DNA from: Catajapyx aquilonaris
Taxonomy: Eukaryota
Assembly: GCA_000934665.2 (NCBI GenBank)
Contig: JYFJ02003758.1
Coordinates: forward strand, 1 to 38,133
Reading direction: 5' to 3'
Length of the DNA: 38,133 nt
Of this stretch, positions 35,562 to 38,133 are shown in pieces. The translations under genes were made by a program, and so were the position numbers. The notes beneath the pieces were generated by a model, which had not been told where the DNA came from, did not search any database, and was given only the letters and a program-made list of their open reading frames with translations. Position 1 is the stretch's first letter; each line of letters opens with the position of its first letter.

Positions 35562-37884
35562 AGTGTTGATAAGAGTTACTGAGGTGTCACACATACGTGA
35601 CTGCTGACTGCCAAAGTGTCATATACTGTACTATGTACATAAGCTGCATGTTCAAATTGTTACAAATTACCTGCAGTATTTCGTGACAAAATGTGTACCT
35701 GTCAGCCCAAAATGTACAAATATTATTGACAAACAGCATCCAGGCTCTATCTCGTTATAGTGTCATGAAATTATGTTTCACTTATGGTCAGTTCGTCACA
35801 ATATTATAATGTCATGCAGAGCACAATAATGTGAAGCATGATGCATGTGTTGGAAAGAGTAATCTCTGTAGTGTATATAGAGTCTAGAGATTATGACATT
35901 CAGAATACATCACAATCATTATGCTGTGGTAGGTAAATGCTTGCAATAACATATTACCGATATTAATTTTCATTTGTATCACATCAATTTCTTTTGAAGG
36001 TGCTCCCTATACAGTTCAGCAGTTGCGGCCTGCTTATTTTCAATTTTTTGCACGTGTTCACGCACTTTTCATAGATTTATTTTCTGACACTTTTTCTAAG
36101 TTCACTGCATAACATTATTATTTTATGCGCCAACATTTATGGTGATTTTTAAAATGCCTTTTGGTGTAATCTGAGCTCATTTGAGAGGTCGTAATGGTGG
36201 AGGAATCGTTTCCCGGCAATTATTTTTTGTAAACGGTATTATAATTATTATCCTATCCACTTTACAACTATTGTATATCAGTTACTGTTATTTTTACGAT
36301 AATTATACTGTATGTAAACTAATACTGCCACAGGTGCTTTTGGAAAGCGTGACTTGTATCTTGCTTGTATACTTTCAGTTCCCCCTATATGTGCTAGCAT
36401 ATATAGTAGTACTGTATGTAACTTATATGTCATGTTCGAGAGAATATTACATTAAAAACTGATTTTTTAAACCATGCTCACAGTCATTGTTATAATTTAC
36501 TTCATTTATTGAGTTGTTAATGATTATTTTTTATTCAACACAAACGTCGTTCTTCAAGCTATTCTTCTGAAATAATGTGAAATTCGCCATATCAGCAATT
36601 GGTGATCTAATACTTCATACCATTCTGGACATGATGTCACTCACGAAAAGTAATGACGAACTAACTCTCTTTATCACATAAAAAATGAGTCCCAATTTGT
36701 TTTGACTCGCCCCTCGTATAGAATCAGAAATTTCTAACTGTTTAGGTTTTAGGACATTTAATTTGCAGCACCGCACTGTATACATCATACATAACGCCTT
36801 GCCAAGTAGGATAATTATTACGTGTCACTTTGAATTTCATGTCTCATTTCTTGGTTACATAACATGAGTATATAGGACTAACAGTTCGTGAATGACAAGC
36901 TTGGAACTATAACTTATATATGTAGGGGGGGGGGGAATAAGAAATAACAAGACTGCATGTCAATTCACACGAGAGTGATTCGATAAGACTTTTTCTCATT
37001 AATAGCTACTGCGGGCAGCGAGAAATGAGGCTGACAACATTAGTCCTATTTAGTTGTTGTCAGATTTGAATAGTATAGTAATTTTCTCTCTTTCTGAGCT
37101 ATAATAATGTATTAGGATGACTCAGCTTCGCTGATGTCTGATATGTATCAGCTCTAAACGATGTATCAATATTTTACTTCTCAGATATATCGATATTGGC
37201 GCGGATATCACATTTCGGGATTCGGGGAGTTGTTTTGTATTAGGAGCAGATGTAGCCTACTGCGAATAAAATGTCATTAACTCTGAATTCATAAATTATG
37301 CAACATTTGAAGATGTTGCTTTCAGATCAGAAACTTATGCTACAGAACCAGATTGCCTCTCACCACGAGGGCTATGTAGATTGACACTTACTATAGCCAA
37401 CAAATTTCAGGGTATAGACATCAGCTTTGTCCTGAAAAAAATGTATTGCAGTGTAATTTTAAAACTAATTATGAGTATGAAACATGAGTTTAATAGCCTG
37501 AACACAATAATGGATTGAATACGGTAAATATCAATTGATCCGTGAAAAAACAATACAGTATTACAAGGTATATGCCTTATACTCATTAAATTGCAACTAT
37601 AGAGAACACTGAAATTTTGTAATACAGCAGCCACACTTTACAACATTTTACAACATATTACATAAACTGCACGGTTTGCGTAAGTCACTGTAGTCACAAT
37701 CCTTGTAAAACCTGGATTCAGAATTTATTCAGAATAACATCATAATTATGTCAAGTAATCTTTACCCTGCAGTAACAATATACGACGCCAATACAAGCAT
37801 TCAAAGTCTAATTACAATGGTATGACGGTATCAAAAATGCTTGAATAGTCAATTCACATATACAAATATCTGTGTAATCCACTT

Positions 37885-38133
37885 CTATGATGCAGGATGA
37901 GCGATGAAAGGCAGCTTCAGGGCATCTTCTGGCAGCACGCGTTTCTCCTGCGGAAAGTAAAAGACCAGTCAGATCACATGCTCGTTTAGCAACTGACTGC
38001 TTGCTATACCCGGTTAAGAGTATAGGCCTACTTACAGGTTCATTTGACAGCAGCTCCAGAGGAATTCAGCAAAACTGGCATCCTTGATGTCACGAGGGTC
38101 GCGGATTGAACATTCCCTCTGCATCGCCCTCGC
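37885..38133 (-). CDS. K7 (partial): last two exons of a further HIPK-like paralogue, with an apparent 1-nt frameshift
   Basis: 38133-38036 encodes ARAMQRECSIRDPRDIKDASFAEFLWSCCQMN+CT (similar to the K3 penultimate exon); 37947-37885 encodes EKRVLPEDALKLPFIAHPAS*. Both exons are absent from the ORF track. Confidence 0.85.

Overview
AT-rich, intron-containing eukaryotic DNA, probably from an invertebrate animal; the species cannot be determined from the sequence. The window holds a cluster of seven paralogous, highly diverged HIPK-like (CMGC/DYRK group) protein kinase genes, here called K1-K7, in orientation - - + + - + -. K1-K6 have complete kinase domains; K7 is cut by the window end. I reconstructed the exons by hand from splice sites. 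K1-K6 share five kinase-coding exons with intron phases 0,1,0,0 and stop right after subdomain XI, giving roughly 340-380 aa kinase-only proteins. All six lack the DYRK/HIPK activation-loop Tyr, have different P+1 loops and carry a variable alphaC-beta4 insert. K4 is an intact-ORF pseudokinase (HTKVTTEN replaces HADxKxxN) lying tail-to-tail with its closest, catalytically intact paralogue K5. Possible lesions: K2 (stop in a candidate first exon), K3 (GC-TAGT donor) and K7 (1-nt phase slip). Intergenic DNA holds several non-autonomous DNA-transposon-like elements, a complete tRNA-derived SINE with a 16-bp TSD, a minisatellite and fold-back hairpins.
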